Virus record (IMG/VR): IMGVR_UViG_3300042484_001802
Length of the DNA: 64,000 nt
From: a virus
Direction: 5' to 3' (one strand)
The translations under genes and the position numbers were made by a program. Under the pieces are notes generated by a model. That model did not search any database. It worked only from the letters and a program-made list of their open reading frames with translations, and was not told where the DNA came from. Of this stretch, positions 38,709 through 49,100 are shown in pieces (the stretch's first letter is position 1; each line of letters starts with the position of its first letter).

Positions 38709-39210
38709 TAAAGATGAGTGTGATTACATAATAAATTTATCCAAAGAGTTGGATGAACTTAAACCATTTGGTTATGATGACAATGTTAATAAAGAAAAAA
38801 TAACAATTAGATATTTTGTTTGGGTTATCAATAGAAACAATAAAACCCAATGGATATTTGATAAAATTCAAACGTATTTTATAAATAAAACTAATATAAA
38901 GATAAAAAAAGAATTAGATAAAATATATATACACAAATATGACACCGGCCAACAATTTGAAAAACATGCTGACACATATTATAAAACACAAATACACAAT
39001 GTAGGGGTATGTTTAAACAATGATTATGATGGAGGTGAATTTGTTTTATATAATCCAGAAGAACAATTACCAAAAGAAACGGGTAACATATATACTTTCC
39101 CTAGTCAAAGAATACATGAAGTAAAAAAAATAATAAAGGGTGAAAGGTGGAGCATTATTGGATTTTTACATATTGATAATTTAGATTTCCCTAAAAAATT
39201 ACTAATATGA
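38680..39210 (+). CDS. 2OG-Fe(II) oxygenase
   Basis: KY..G..F..HAD...LN.DYDGGEF...HEVK.I.KGERWS. Confidence 0.85.
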   Translation: MILREKISFSKDECDYIINLSKELDELKPFGYDDNVNKEKITIRYFVWVINRNNKTQWIFDKIQTYFINKTNIKIKKELDKIYIHKYDTGQQFEKHADTYYKTQIHNVGVCLNNDYDGGEFVLYNPEEQLPKETGNIYTFPSQRIHEVKKIIKGERWSIIGFLHIDNLDFPKKLLI

Positions 39211-39764
39211 AAATTGGAATAACAGGACATTCTAACGGAATTGGAAATGACATTTATTCAAATTTAATAAAAGAATATGATGTTATAGGATTTAGTAGAA
39301 GTAATGGTTTTGATATTAAAAATACGGATAAAATTATAGAACAATTGGATGATTGTGATATTTTTATAAACAACGCTTACGAAGGAAACTATCAAACAAT
39401 ATTATTTGAATTAATTTTTGATAAATGGAAATTTTTACCAAAAACAATTATTAATATGAATAGCAGTTGTGTGTATCATTCATCCGATTGGTCGCCAGAA
39501 TATGCAAATAATAAAAAAGAGTTAAAAGAAGTATCTTTAAATGCGATTAGAAATAATAAAAATAAAAAAGTTAGGGTCATAAATTTATATCCATCCACCT
39601 TATCAACTCATATGGGGTTTGAAAGTTTAAATAAATTAGATACTGAAAATCTTGCAAAAATTATAAATTGGTTAATAAAACAACCACAAGAAATAGAAAT
39701 TAGAGAGATGAGTATATATTGTACAACATTGGAGAAAGAATTTAAAACAAATAAATTAATATGA
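39207..39764 (+). CDS. Short-chain dehydrogenase/reductase, compact
   Basis: ITGHSNGIG, FINNA, YANNK (YxxxK). Confidence 0.75.
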   Translation: MKIGITGHSNGIGNDIYSNLIKEYDVIGFSRSNGFDIKNTDKIIEQLDDCDIFINNAYEGNYQTILFELIFDKWKFLPKTIINMNSSCVYHSSDWSPEYANNKKELKEVSLNAIRNNKNKKVRVINLYPSTLSTHMGFESLNKLDTENLAKIINWLIKQPQEIEIREMSIYCTTLEKEFKTNKLI

Positions 39765-40531
39765 AATCAATAAAATTTTGGAATAAAAGCGGATTCGATG
39801 TTGCAACTTATAAATGGAATTTATCAGAAAGACGTAATAAAACATTTAATGGCTCTGGTTCGGATGATAGTGAAACCAATACCTACACATATAATGAACT
39901 AGGATTCAGAGGTGATTCAATATACAAGGATGGTTTTAGAATTCTGTCTGTCGGTTGTTCACATACGGAAGGTGTGGGGGTAAATGACTGGGAAACTTGG
40001 CCGCATATATTTTCTAGGTTAATACCTAATGGTATTGATTTAAATGCTGGGTTTGGTGGTAGAAGTAATGATTACATTGCTAGGTGTATTGTGTCCTTAA
40101 TTGACACCTTTAGACCCAATCTGGTTAATCTAATGTACACATACCCCTCAAGAAAAGAATACTACAAGTTTAATGGGGATTTAGAGCCCTTTCATATGAC
40201 ACCCTGGGGATATTTCAAAGAAGATTCGGAAGGTGTTGATGAATACAAGGCAATCGCAAAGATAACCCATGATGAAAATGATTTGATTAATTGGTATAAA
40301 AATCATTTATTAATAACCAATTTCCTATCACTAAGAAAAATCCCATACACTTGGAATGGTTCGTTTCTAATGGATGATGTTATTTCAGATAAACATCGTT
40401 TTGATGGTGACTATGGCAACTTCAGAGAGTTTTCCGTTGACGGTAAACATGCAACAGGAAAACACAATGAAGAATATGCCAAAAATTTATATGACTTCAT
40501 TAAGAAAAACTTCCCAATATATATCCCTTAG
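39761..40531 (+). CDS. SGNH-like phage protein
   Basis: YNELGFRG, VGCSHTEG.G, NAGFGGRSNDYI, DGKH. Confidence 0.6.
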   Translation: MKSIKFWNKSGFDVATYKWNLSERRNKTFNGSGSDDSETNTYTYNELGFRGDSIYKDGFRILSVGCSHTEGVGVNDWETWPHIFSRLIPNGIDLNAGFGGRSNDYIARCIVSLIDTFRPNLVNLMYTYPSRKEYYKFNGDLEPFHMTPWGYFKEDSEGVDEYKAIAKITHDENDLINWYKNHLLITNFLSLRKIPYTWNGSFLMDDVISDKHRFDGDYGNFREFSVDGKHATGKHNEEYAKNLYDFIKKNFPIYIP

Positions 40532-40534
40532 GGG

Positions 40535-40563
40535 CTTGGTTTTCTCGCAAATTTTCCTTATTT
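40535..40563 (+). promoter_or_regulatory. Possible sigma70-like promoter (TTGGTT-N17-TATTTT) with a very short leader
   Basis: 17-nt spacer, ATG 40573 close downstream. Similar TTG..TATATT arrangements occur near 11372 and 63322. Confidence 0.3.
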
Positions 40564-40572
40564 TAGGTATCA

Positions 40573-43293
40573 ATGAATATTTTAGCACATACATCATTTA
40601 TTGGTACTACTGGGTATGCCAATCATGCAAGGTCGTTTTTCTGCGCCTTAAACAAGCATCACAAAGTAAGGGTTAGAAACCTTACCATTGGTAATAGTTG
40701 GAACGAGTATAACCCTAAACCACACGAGGGTGAATCATATATCACCGATGAGATGAAGGAGATGTTAACCCTTCAAACCTTGTTTAACGCTGATGGGTCA
40801 ACTAGTGATTATCCAATTTATAATTTTAAAAAAGATTTTGTTCCAGATGTTCACATTGTTTTGGTGGAAACCGACAACATATATTTTTATCATGATTATG
40901 ATGGTTATAAAATAGCATACAATGTTTGGGAATCAACATTATATCCAGATAATTTCTTCAAGCGACTATTTTACTTTGATGAGGTTTGGGTGCCGACCAA
41001 GTGGCAGTTTGATTGTTTAGTTGCGCAAGGGTATCCTGCTGAAAAAATATCTATTGTTCCAGAAGGCGTTGACGTTGATACGTTTAAACCAATAGAAAAA
41101 TACCCACAAAGAGATAAGATTAGATTTGTGCATTTTGGTCGTTGGGATTATAGAAAAGGAACGACTGAAGTGCTCAGAGCTTTTGGTGAGGTCTTTAAAG
41201 ATGTTGATGATGTAGAATTAATTGCATCAGTTGAGAATCCATACCCGAACGATGGTTTAAAGTCAACAGAGGAACGAATTAAAAAACACGAAATTGATAC
41301 AGAGAAAATAACCTTTGTTAATTTTCCATCGAGAGAAGAATATGTAAAATACTTGCAAGAAGCACACGTATTTGTTTCTTGTGCTAGAAGTGAAGGTTGG
41401 AATCTACCGCTTATTGAGGCGATGGCTTGCGGTACACCGGCCATTTATTCTAATTGGGGTGGTCAACTAGAATTTGCTGAAGGTAAAGGTGTTCCGGTTA
41501 GTATCAAGGAATTAAGACCTGCTAACATAGAAAGAAAAGAATTTCCAGGCGAATATTGTGAACCAGATTGGGATGACCTTAAATGGAAAATGAGACAAGC
41601 GTACGATTATCAAACAGCTATGTGGATTAAATCCAGATCTGATGCTAAAGATATTCACAAGAACTTTAATTGGGAAACAATAGCTGAAAACGCATCAAAA
41701 ATAATCAACTCTAGATTCAAATCGTTTGCGTTTGTTACAACCGGTAATTTACAATACATGCCGGTGATAGAGAAAATGGTCCAATCATTATTGGAATTCA
41801 GCAATCAAAAAGTAATTGTTTACGGTGTTGATTGTGAGGTTCCATTTGATTACCCTAATGTTATTAAGAGAACAATAAACCCACCAAAAATTTCAGAACA
41901 CGATAAGTGGTATTGGAAACAATGGGCTTGTTTGGAATCATTAAACGAAGATTTTGATTATTATATTTGGGTTGACGGTGATGTTGTTGTTAATTACAAT
42001 ATCGATACCGTTACAAAATATTTCAAACATGTTGGTAGATATCCATTGTCAGATATACATGTTCAAGAAGAATTCTTTGGAACATATGATGACGGTAAAA
42101 CGCAATTGTTCAATGAAGAGTTAGCTAAAAGATGGGGAGTTGAAAAACAACAACCATACATGCATATTTGTTTCTACATTTATAATCAAGGTTCAAGAGG
42201 TTTTTTTGATGGTATATTGGGATATTATGACACAATGATGAAAGGTAGCCCTGAAGATTATAAACGATATTTTTTATGGAATGATGAAGGTATTGATAAT
42301 GCAATAAGATGGAACCACGGTTTTACTAATCATTTACCAATATCAAATTTTGATACATCATCATATGATGGGGATGAAGGGTTTATTGATAAAACGTTAC
42401 ATCAGTTTTATAAGTTCTGGAATGAGGATGGACCACAAAACTTTAATAGAATATTTGGGTATCAATTTATACCAGAAGATAAATCAAACATATTATATTT
42501 CCACGGGAATAAAAATGCTGAGATATCAGACAAGATGATTGAGTTCATTAAAATGAAAAGAGATGATTCATTTTATAAATCATATTGCTTTTATACTGAC
42601 GTATATAAATTGGAAAACTTTAATCAATATTTCAATATTGAAGGGGGTACAATTGAGATAGCAAATAAACATGGTTGGTTTGTTGCAATATTTCACGAGA
42701 TATTTAATCTTTTGGATTATTATAAAAATAGAGAGAGAAGAATCTTTGATGGCGACGTTGTAGTTGAGTTGGGTGGGAATATTGGTATCTTCAATAGATG
42801 GGCATATAGTCAAGGTGCTAGTAAAGTTATTTCCTTTGAGCCAGATAAAAGATACTTTAAACTTCTTTCATTAAATGCTGACCCTCGTTCTATTTTATTC
42901 AATGCTGCGGGAAGTGATTCTATTGGCGAATTAAGTTTATTTGAGAGTACACACATAGGTGGGTCTAATTTATTTGGAACACAAGAAGGTGCTAAAGAAT
43001 ATAAAGTAAGAACATATACATTAGATTATCTTTTTGAAACTGGATTGGTTGACAAAATAGATTTTTTAAAGGTTGACATTGAGGGGGCAGAACATCAAGC
43101 ATTCAAAGGTATCAGCGATGAAAACCTAATGAAAGTTAAAAACATTTCAATGGAATATCATCATAGCCACTTTGATTATGACGATGAATTGAGGCAAGGT
43201 TTAATTAATCGAATGACTAGATTAGGTTTTAACCCCTACACATTGTTTATGGGTGATAATAACGCGCTACAAATGATATATTTTACAAGATGA
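40573..43293 (+). CDS. Three-domain fusion: GT4 + GT-A (DxD) + FkbM-type methyltransferase
   Basis: RSEGWNLPLIEAMACG (GT4); IWVDGDVV (GT-A); VELGGNIG...FEP...IDFLKVDIEGAE (FkbM). Confidence 0.85.
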   Translation: MNILAHTSFIGTTGYANHARSFFCALNKHHKVRVRNLTIGNSWNEYNPKPHEGESYITDEMKEMLTLQTLFNADGSTSDYPIYNFKKDFVPDVHIVLVETDNIYFYHDYDGYKIAYNVWESTLYPDNFFKRLFYFDEVWVPTKWQFDCLVAQGYPAEKISIVPEGVDVDTFKPIEKYPQRDKIRFVHFGRWDYRKGTTEVLRAFGEVFKDVDDVELIASVENPYPNDGLKSTEERIKKHEIDTEKITFVNFPSREEYVKYLQEAHVFVSCARSEGWNLPLIEAMACGTPAIYSNWGGQLEFAEGKGVPVSIKELRPANIERKEFPGEYCEPDWDDLKWKMRQAYDYQTAMWIKSRSDAKDIHKNFNWETIAENASKIINSRFKSFAFVTTGNLQYMPVIEKMVQSLLEFSNQKVIVYGVDCEVPFDYPNVIKRTINPPKISEHDKWYWKQWACLESLNEDFDYYIWVDGDVVVNYNIDTVTKYFKHVGRYPLSDIHVQEEFFGTYDDGKTQLFNEELAKRWGVEKQQPYMHICFYIYNQGSRGFFDGILGYYDTMMKGSPEDYKRYFLWNDEGIDNAIRWNHGFTNHLPISNFDTSSYDGDEGFIDKTLHQFYKFWNEDGPQNFNRIFGYQFIPEDKSNILYFHGNKNAEISDKMIEFIKMKRDDSFYKSYCFYTDVYKLENFNQYFNIEGGTIEIANKHGWFVAIFHEIFNLLDYYKNRERRIFDGDVVVELGGNIGIFNRWAYSQGASKVISFEPDKRYFKLLSLNADPRSILFNAAGSDSIGELSLFESTHIGGSNLFGTQEGAKEYKVRTYTLDYLFETGLVDKIDFLKVDIEGAEHQAFKGISDENLMKVKNISMEYHHSHFDYDDELRQGLINRMTRLGFNPYTLFMGDNNALQMIYFTR

Positions 43294-43946
43294 GTACATT
43301 AGATAAATTAGCAAAATCACACGGAACTGATAAGAGTTCTGATATACACAATTACTGCGTTAAGTATGAAAAGTATCTACCATTTAATCGTTATGATAAG
43401 TTAATGATGATGGAGATTGGTGTGTTAGATGGTAAATCCTTATTAACTTGGAAGGATTATTTTTATCGTTCACATATTCTAGGTATTGATATAAATCCTG
43501 AATGTAAAAAATACGAAGAAGAAAGAATTACAATTGAGATTGGTTCTCAAGCTGATGGTGGTTTCTTATCTAGAACCAGCGAACATTATGGACCATTTGA
43601 CATCATTTTAGATGATGGTTCACATATGAATGACCATGTAACTTATTCTTTCCAACATTTATTTGATTCAGTAAAACCGGGTGGTGTTTACATTGTTGAA
43701 GATTGTGCCACAGCTTACTGGGATGAATACGGTGGTGGTTATTTAAAACCAAGTACAAGTATAGAATATTTTAAATCCTTATCAGATGATTTAAACTTCC
43801 GTGGACTAATGAATCACAATAAACCAAATGTACACGCAAGAAGGGAAGATTGGTTAATTGAAAATTCAAAAAGCATCCCAACATGTAGAACGGATATTGA
43901 ATCCATAAATTTCCTAAATGGAATTATTATTGTAACTAAGAGATAA
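43290..43946 (+). CDS. SAM-dependent O-methyltransferase (MycE/TylE-like sugar methyltransferase)
   Basis: GTDK...HNY...EIGV..G.SL..W...GIDI...GSQAD...DIILDDGSH...GGVYIVED. Confidence 0.8.
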   Translation: MSTLDKLAKSHGTDKSSDIHNYCVKYEKYLPFNRYDKLMMMEIGVLDGKSLLTWKDYFYRSHILGIDINPECKKYEEERITIEIGSQADGGFLSRTSEHYGPFDIILDDGSHMNDHVTYSFQHLFDSVKPGGVYIVEDCATAYWDEYGGGYLKPSTSIEYFKSLSDDLNFRGLMNHNKPNVHARREDWLIENSKSIPTCRTDIESINFLNGIIIVTKR

Positions 43947-46069
43947 TGTACACACAATTCACTGAAGATATATTTGTAATTGATTGTTGGCTTGACACTA
44001 AAGAGAAAGAGCTGGCACTAACTAATTTAATTGAAAGGGTTAAAGTTTATAATATACCAATAATACTATGTGGTCATTATCCAATTAAACCTGAGTTCCA
44101 GGAAATGGTTGATTATTGTATCTATGACAAGAACAATGATATTTTAGAAGAAAAGGATTTTGAAGAGTATGGTGTTGTTAGTGATAGATGGACAGAGACA
44201 GACGATTTTAAAATAAGTAACAAGGTTACATTCCACCATGATTATGCTATATGGTTAACAATGAAGAATGCTTTTAACCTAGCAAATCAATTGGGTAAGA
44301 AGTACATACACTTTCTTGAGTACGATAACCTACCAGATGAAATTCAATATCGCCAAGCATTTATTGAATACATCAGACATCATGATGCGGTTGTTTATGA
44401 ATATAGTGAAGGATCTACTAATGAGGCGTCACCCTTTTCCGCCACCTACATATTTTCAATTAAAACAGACATTGCATTAAGTTTGGTTAATAAAATTAAC
44501 AGTAAGAAGAAGTTCTTTTCAAGAAAACAACATGAATGGCAATTAGAAAAAACGTTTTACCAAACATTACAAACTGTTACTAACAAAATATTTGTAACAA
44601 AATACATTGCTAATGACGATGAGTTAAATCTCTTTGCTGCGTGGAATCGAGATGGTATCAATAGAAACGGCGCTAGATTTCAAACATATCTAGGTGTTGA
44701 CGATAATGAAGATTTGTCAATTCATTTTATATCTGGTTTTAACGATAAACCGGCTACGCAAGATTATGTGGTTGAAATCAACTATGGTGATGTTAAAGAG
44801 TTTTATAAAATCATTAAAGGTAATTTTCATTTAAAAAAACTTGGGAAGTATGTTAAAGGGTTACCGGTTAAAGTGTATTATCAAGGAATAGAAGTATTTT
44901 CAGATTCTCTTTTAGATGATGTTATGGAATTTAAACGAAAGAATAATATAACAAGAAAAAACAAAGAGATATCAAAAAACATTAATGTTAATTTTATTGA
45001 CGGACCATTCATTGAGATACTAGAAAAAACCACCAAAGAATATCATATTGAATTTATTGATAATAAAAGTGGAAGAGTGTTACATGAAACAAATATTAAA
45101 AGTAATCACTGGGCTAAAGCGTCAATAAAATATTATGTTGATTGGTTAATAAAGGTTAGTGGTGTCGATAACGATTTTTACTTTGAACATAAATTTAACC
45201 CTAATGAAAATAGATTCTTCATTAGTTTTGAGAGCAAATCATTAGGTGACAGTTTAGCATTTATACCATATGTGGATGAGTTTAGAAAGAAACATAATTG
45301 TTCAGTTGTTTGTTCAACATTCTTTAATGATTTATTTAAAAATGAATACCCTGAAATTGAATTTGTTTCACCTGGTTCAACTGTTAATAACATCTACGGT
45401 CTTTATCGAATCGGTATGTTCTATAATGATTATAAAATGATTGATTATGATAAACATTTGACCGACCCCAAAAAGGAGCCATTATTAAAAATTGCATCAG
45501 ATATTTTAGGTTTAGATTATAAGGAGGTTAGACCCAAGTTACCAAAAATTGGTAACACTAAACAGAAATTAGTAACTATAGCAATTCATTCTACAGCACA
45601 AGCGAAATATTGGAATAACCCAACTGGTTGGCAAGATGTTGTTGATTACTTAATTGGTAAAGGATACGAGGTTAGGTTGTTATCAAAAGAAGAAGACGGT
45701 TACATGGGTAACATTCACCCAAAAGGAATCACACAGCAACCAGCAGGTGATTTAAACAGTGTAATTAAAACAATACAAGAATCTGAATTCTTTATTGGTA
45801 TCAGCAGTGGTTTGAGTTGGTTAGCTTGGGGATGTGGAACTCCGACAATAATAATATCCGGATTTACAGACATATTTACAGAACCATTTCAAAATATTTA
45901 CCGAGTAATAAATAAAGAAGTTTGTAATAGTTGTTGGTCTGATTATGATTTTGACGCCGGTAACTGGAATTGGTGCCCAGTACATTCAAATACCGATAAA
46001 CAATTTGAATGTTCTAAACAAATAACATCAAAACAAGTTATAGGGGAAATTGATAAATTAATTAACTAA
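43946..46069 (+). CDS. N-terminal unknown/GT-like domain fused to an autotransporter O-heptosyltransferase (TibC/Aah-like)
   Basis: SKSLGDSLA.IPY; STAQAKYWNN..GW..V; FIGISSGLSWLAW; ISGF; CNSCW...WCP...FECSKQI. Confidence 0.8.
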   Translation: MYTQFTEDIFVIDCWLDTKEKELALTNLIERVKVYNIPIILCGHYPIKPEFQEMVDYCIYDKNNDILEEKDFEEYGVVSDRWTETDDFKISNKVTFHHDYAIWLTMKNAFNLANQLGKKYIHFLEYDNLPDEIQYRQAFIEYIRHHDAVVYEYSEGSTNEASPFSATYIFSIKTDIALSLVNKINSKKKFFSRKQHEWQLEKTFYQTLQTVTNKIFVTKYIANDDELNLFAAWNRDGINRNGARFQTYLGVDDNEDLSIHFISGFNDKPATQDYVVEINYGDVKEFYKIIKGNFHLKKLGKYVKGLPVKVYYQGIEVFSDSLLDDVMEFKRKNNITRKNKEISKNINVNFIDGPFIEILEKTTKEYHIEFIDNKSGRVLHETNIKSNHWAKASIKYYVDWLIKVSGVDNDFYFEHKFNPNENRFFISFESKSLGDSLAFIPYVDEFRKKHNCSVVCSTFFNDLFKNEYPEIEFVSPGSTVNNIYGLYRIGMFYNDYKMIDYDKHLTDPKKEPLLKIASDILGLDYKEVRPKLPKIGNTKQKLVTIAIHSTAQAKYWNNPTGWQDVVDYLIGKGYEVRLLSKEEDGYMGNIHPKGITQQPAGDLNSVIKTIQESEFFIGISSGLSWLAWGCGTPTIIISGFTDIFTEPFQNIYRVINKEVCNSCWSDYDFDAGNWNWCPVHSNTDKQFECSKQITSKQVIGEIDKLIN

Positions 46070-46082
46070 CATTCAAACGAAC

Positions 46083-46093
46083 AAGTATTTATC
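46083..46093 (+). promoter_or_regulatory. Putative late-promoter motif AAGTATTTATC
   Basis: Intergenic, before fibre gene 2. Confidence 0.45.
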
Positions 46094-46114
46094 TAAGTAT
46101 AATACCATATTTAG

Positions 46115-49100
46115 ATGAATATATTTGACGCACACATATCGGGATCATTATCCGTATCAAGTTCAGCCGAAATTTCGGGTGATTTAAAAGTTTTAGGAAC
46201 AATTAGTGGTTCCTTTAGTGGTGATGGCTCTAATATCACAAACATCCCAGCGGGTGGTGTTGTTGGACTTAATTTAACACGAATAGCTGACGGTGCATCA
46301 ACAGCATCAATTTCAAATACAGATGGTTTAAGAATTAATACAAATTCAGAAATTACTGGTTCATTAATTATAACCGGTGATTTAATTATAAGTGGAACAT
46401 CTTTTAATGCCGCGACCTCAGGTACATCTGGCACATCAGGAACCTCAGGTACATCTGGAACCTCAGGGTCTTCAGGTTCAAGTGGCACATCTGGTACTAG
46501 TGGAACCTCAGGTTCAAATGGTAGTTCAGGCACGAGTGGTTCATCAGGTTCATCTGGAAGTTCAGGTACGTCAGGTACTAGTGGAAGTAGCGGTTCTTCA
46601 GGAACATCTGGTTCTTCGGGAACATCTGGTTCAAGTGGTAGTTCTGGAACTAGTGGAAGTAGTGGTTCTTCAGGAACCGCTGGAACATCAGGAACCTCAG
46701 GTTCAAGTGGTAGTTCTGGAACTTCAGGTTCTAGTGGATCTAGCGGAACCGCTGGTACAAGTGGCACATCGGGATCTTCTGGTTCTAACGGGTCCTCAGG
46801 TACTTCAGGAACGAGCGGTACATCAGGTTCTAGTGGAACATCAGGTTCATCAGGGTCTAGTGGAACTAGTGGTAGTTCTGGCTCATCAGGAACATCAGGT
46901 TCTAACGGGTCGTCAGGTACTTCAGGAACAAGCGGAACATCAGGTTCTTCAGGAACAAGCGGTTCATCAGGATCTAGTGGAACATCTGGGTCTTCAGGGT
47001 CAAGCGGAACATCAGGTTCTTCAGGAAGTTCAGGAACATCCGGAAGTTCAGGGTCTAGTGGTACAGCGGGGACATCAGGAACCTCTGGTTCTAGTGGATC
47101 TAGTGGATCTAGCGGAACCGTAACAATGAGCGGAACACAAGACAATGGTGTTCTAACACTTAATGGTTCCTCACCAAACGTAACTGCGGAAAATAATTTA
47201 AGATTTGATGGTTCACTTTTAACCGTTGTTGGTAACGAAACAATATCTGGTTCCTTAATTGTGACAAACAATTTTACAGTATTAGGTTCATCCTCAATAA
47301 CATACGTAACATCATCTCAATTAAGAGTTGAAGACAATATTATCACAGTAAACACTGCTAGCCCTGGATCTAGATTTGGTGGACTAGAAGTTCATGATTC
47401 AGGATCGGTTGGTATTGCTACTGGTTCAATTCTTTGGGATTCTGTTAACAATAGATGGATTTATCAAAACTCAAGTGAGGCGGGTTATGGTGGCGGTGTA
47501 CTATTGTCAGGTCCTAGAAGTTCTGGTTCACTAGGTAGTGAATTAACATTAACTAGTGGTAGAGTTGCAAAGTCAGCGGGCGGAGACCACTTAAATGATT
47601 CAAATATAACAGACAACGGTACAACCGTTTCGATAAATTCAAATACAGAAATCACTGGTTCATTAATTGTTACTGGTGATAAAATAACAGTAAAAGCGGT
47701 TGGTGGTGATGAGGGTGGTGAGATTTTATTAGGTAAAGCAGTAACCAATACAACACTTGTTGGTGATGGTGTTACTGTAGATATTTGGCAAAATAGATTA
47801 AGATTTTTTGAACAGGGCGGAACTGCTCGAGGTGCATATATTGATATCTCAAGTTTAGCGGCAGGTGTTGGTACCAACTTGGTTGGTGCTGGTTCATCAG
47901 GTACTTCTGGAACTAGTGGTACCTCTGGCACATCGGGTTCTAGTGGAACATCAGGATCTAATGGTTCGTCTGGTACGTCAGGTTCATCAGGAACAAGTGG
48001 TACAAGTGGTAGTTCAGGATCTAATGGTTCATCTGGCACGTCAGGTTCTTCAGGTTCTAGCGGAACATCGGGATCTAATGGTTCATCTGGTACGTCAGGA
48101 ACATCGGGTTCTAACGGATCTAGCGGAACCTCAGGTTCTTCAGGTTCAAGCGGAACATCTGGTTCATCTGGAAGTTCTGGTTCAAGTGGTACATCTGGTT
48201 CATCTGGTAGTTCGGGTTCATCAGGAACAAGTGGAAGTTCGGGAACATCGGGTTCTAACGGATCTAGCGGAACCTCAGGTTCTTCAGGCAGTTCAGGATC
48301 AAGTGGAACGTCAGGGTCTTCTGGTTCTAGTGGCACTTCGGGTACTTCAGGAAGCTCAGGAACGAGTGGATCTTCGGGTTCTAGTGGGTCTAGTGGAACA
48401 TCAGGTTCTAACGGATCTAGTGGTACGTCGGGTTCATCAGGTTCTAGCGGTTCTAGTGGAACATCAGGTTCTTCTGGTTCTAGCGGAAGTTCAGGAACAA
48501 GTGGATCTTCAGGGTCTAGTGGTTCAAGTGGAACCAGTGGTAGTTCGGGGAGTTCTGGCTCAAGTGGAACATCTGGGTCTTCAGGAAGTTCTGGTTCTAG
48601 TGGGTCTTCAGGAAGTTCAGGTACTTCTTTCGCCAATACTTTTAATATAAATCAAAATTTAGGAACAAGTAACTCGCCAACATTTGGTGGTTTAACAATT
48701 ACAGGTGGTGGTTCAGTTAGTACAACATTGACAGGTGCTAACGTTGGTGATTTATTGTATGCTTCAATTGCAGATAACGATTTTTTTAGATTAAGAGTTG
48801 GTGGTACCGCAACAAATGCCGGTTATGTTGAAATAGCAACTTCCGATGATGGTACAGAACCAATATATGTTAGACAATATACGGGTGTTTTTAGTAGTTT
48901 AACTAGGACTGCAACATTACTAGATGGTAGTGGTAACACATCATTTCCAGGTACAATTACAGCCCCAACATTCTCAGGAGCACTATCCGGAAACGCAACC
49001 ACTGCAACTACTGCGGGTAGTGCACCAAACGCTAGTAATTTAAACGCATCTTATGGTGTATCAACGGGTAATGGAAACGGATTAAAATTTTGGGGAGGTT

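Noticed and set aside
32386-39764. C-terminal tag as peroxisomal PTS1 or CaaX (eukaryotic giant virus)
   Set aside because: The motif is not S/A-K/R-L and has no Cys. Overlapping ATGA/TAATG coupling indicates prokaryotic translation.
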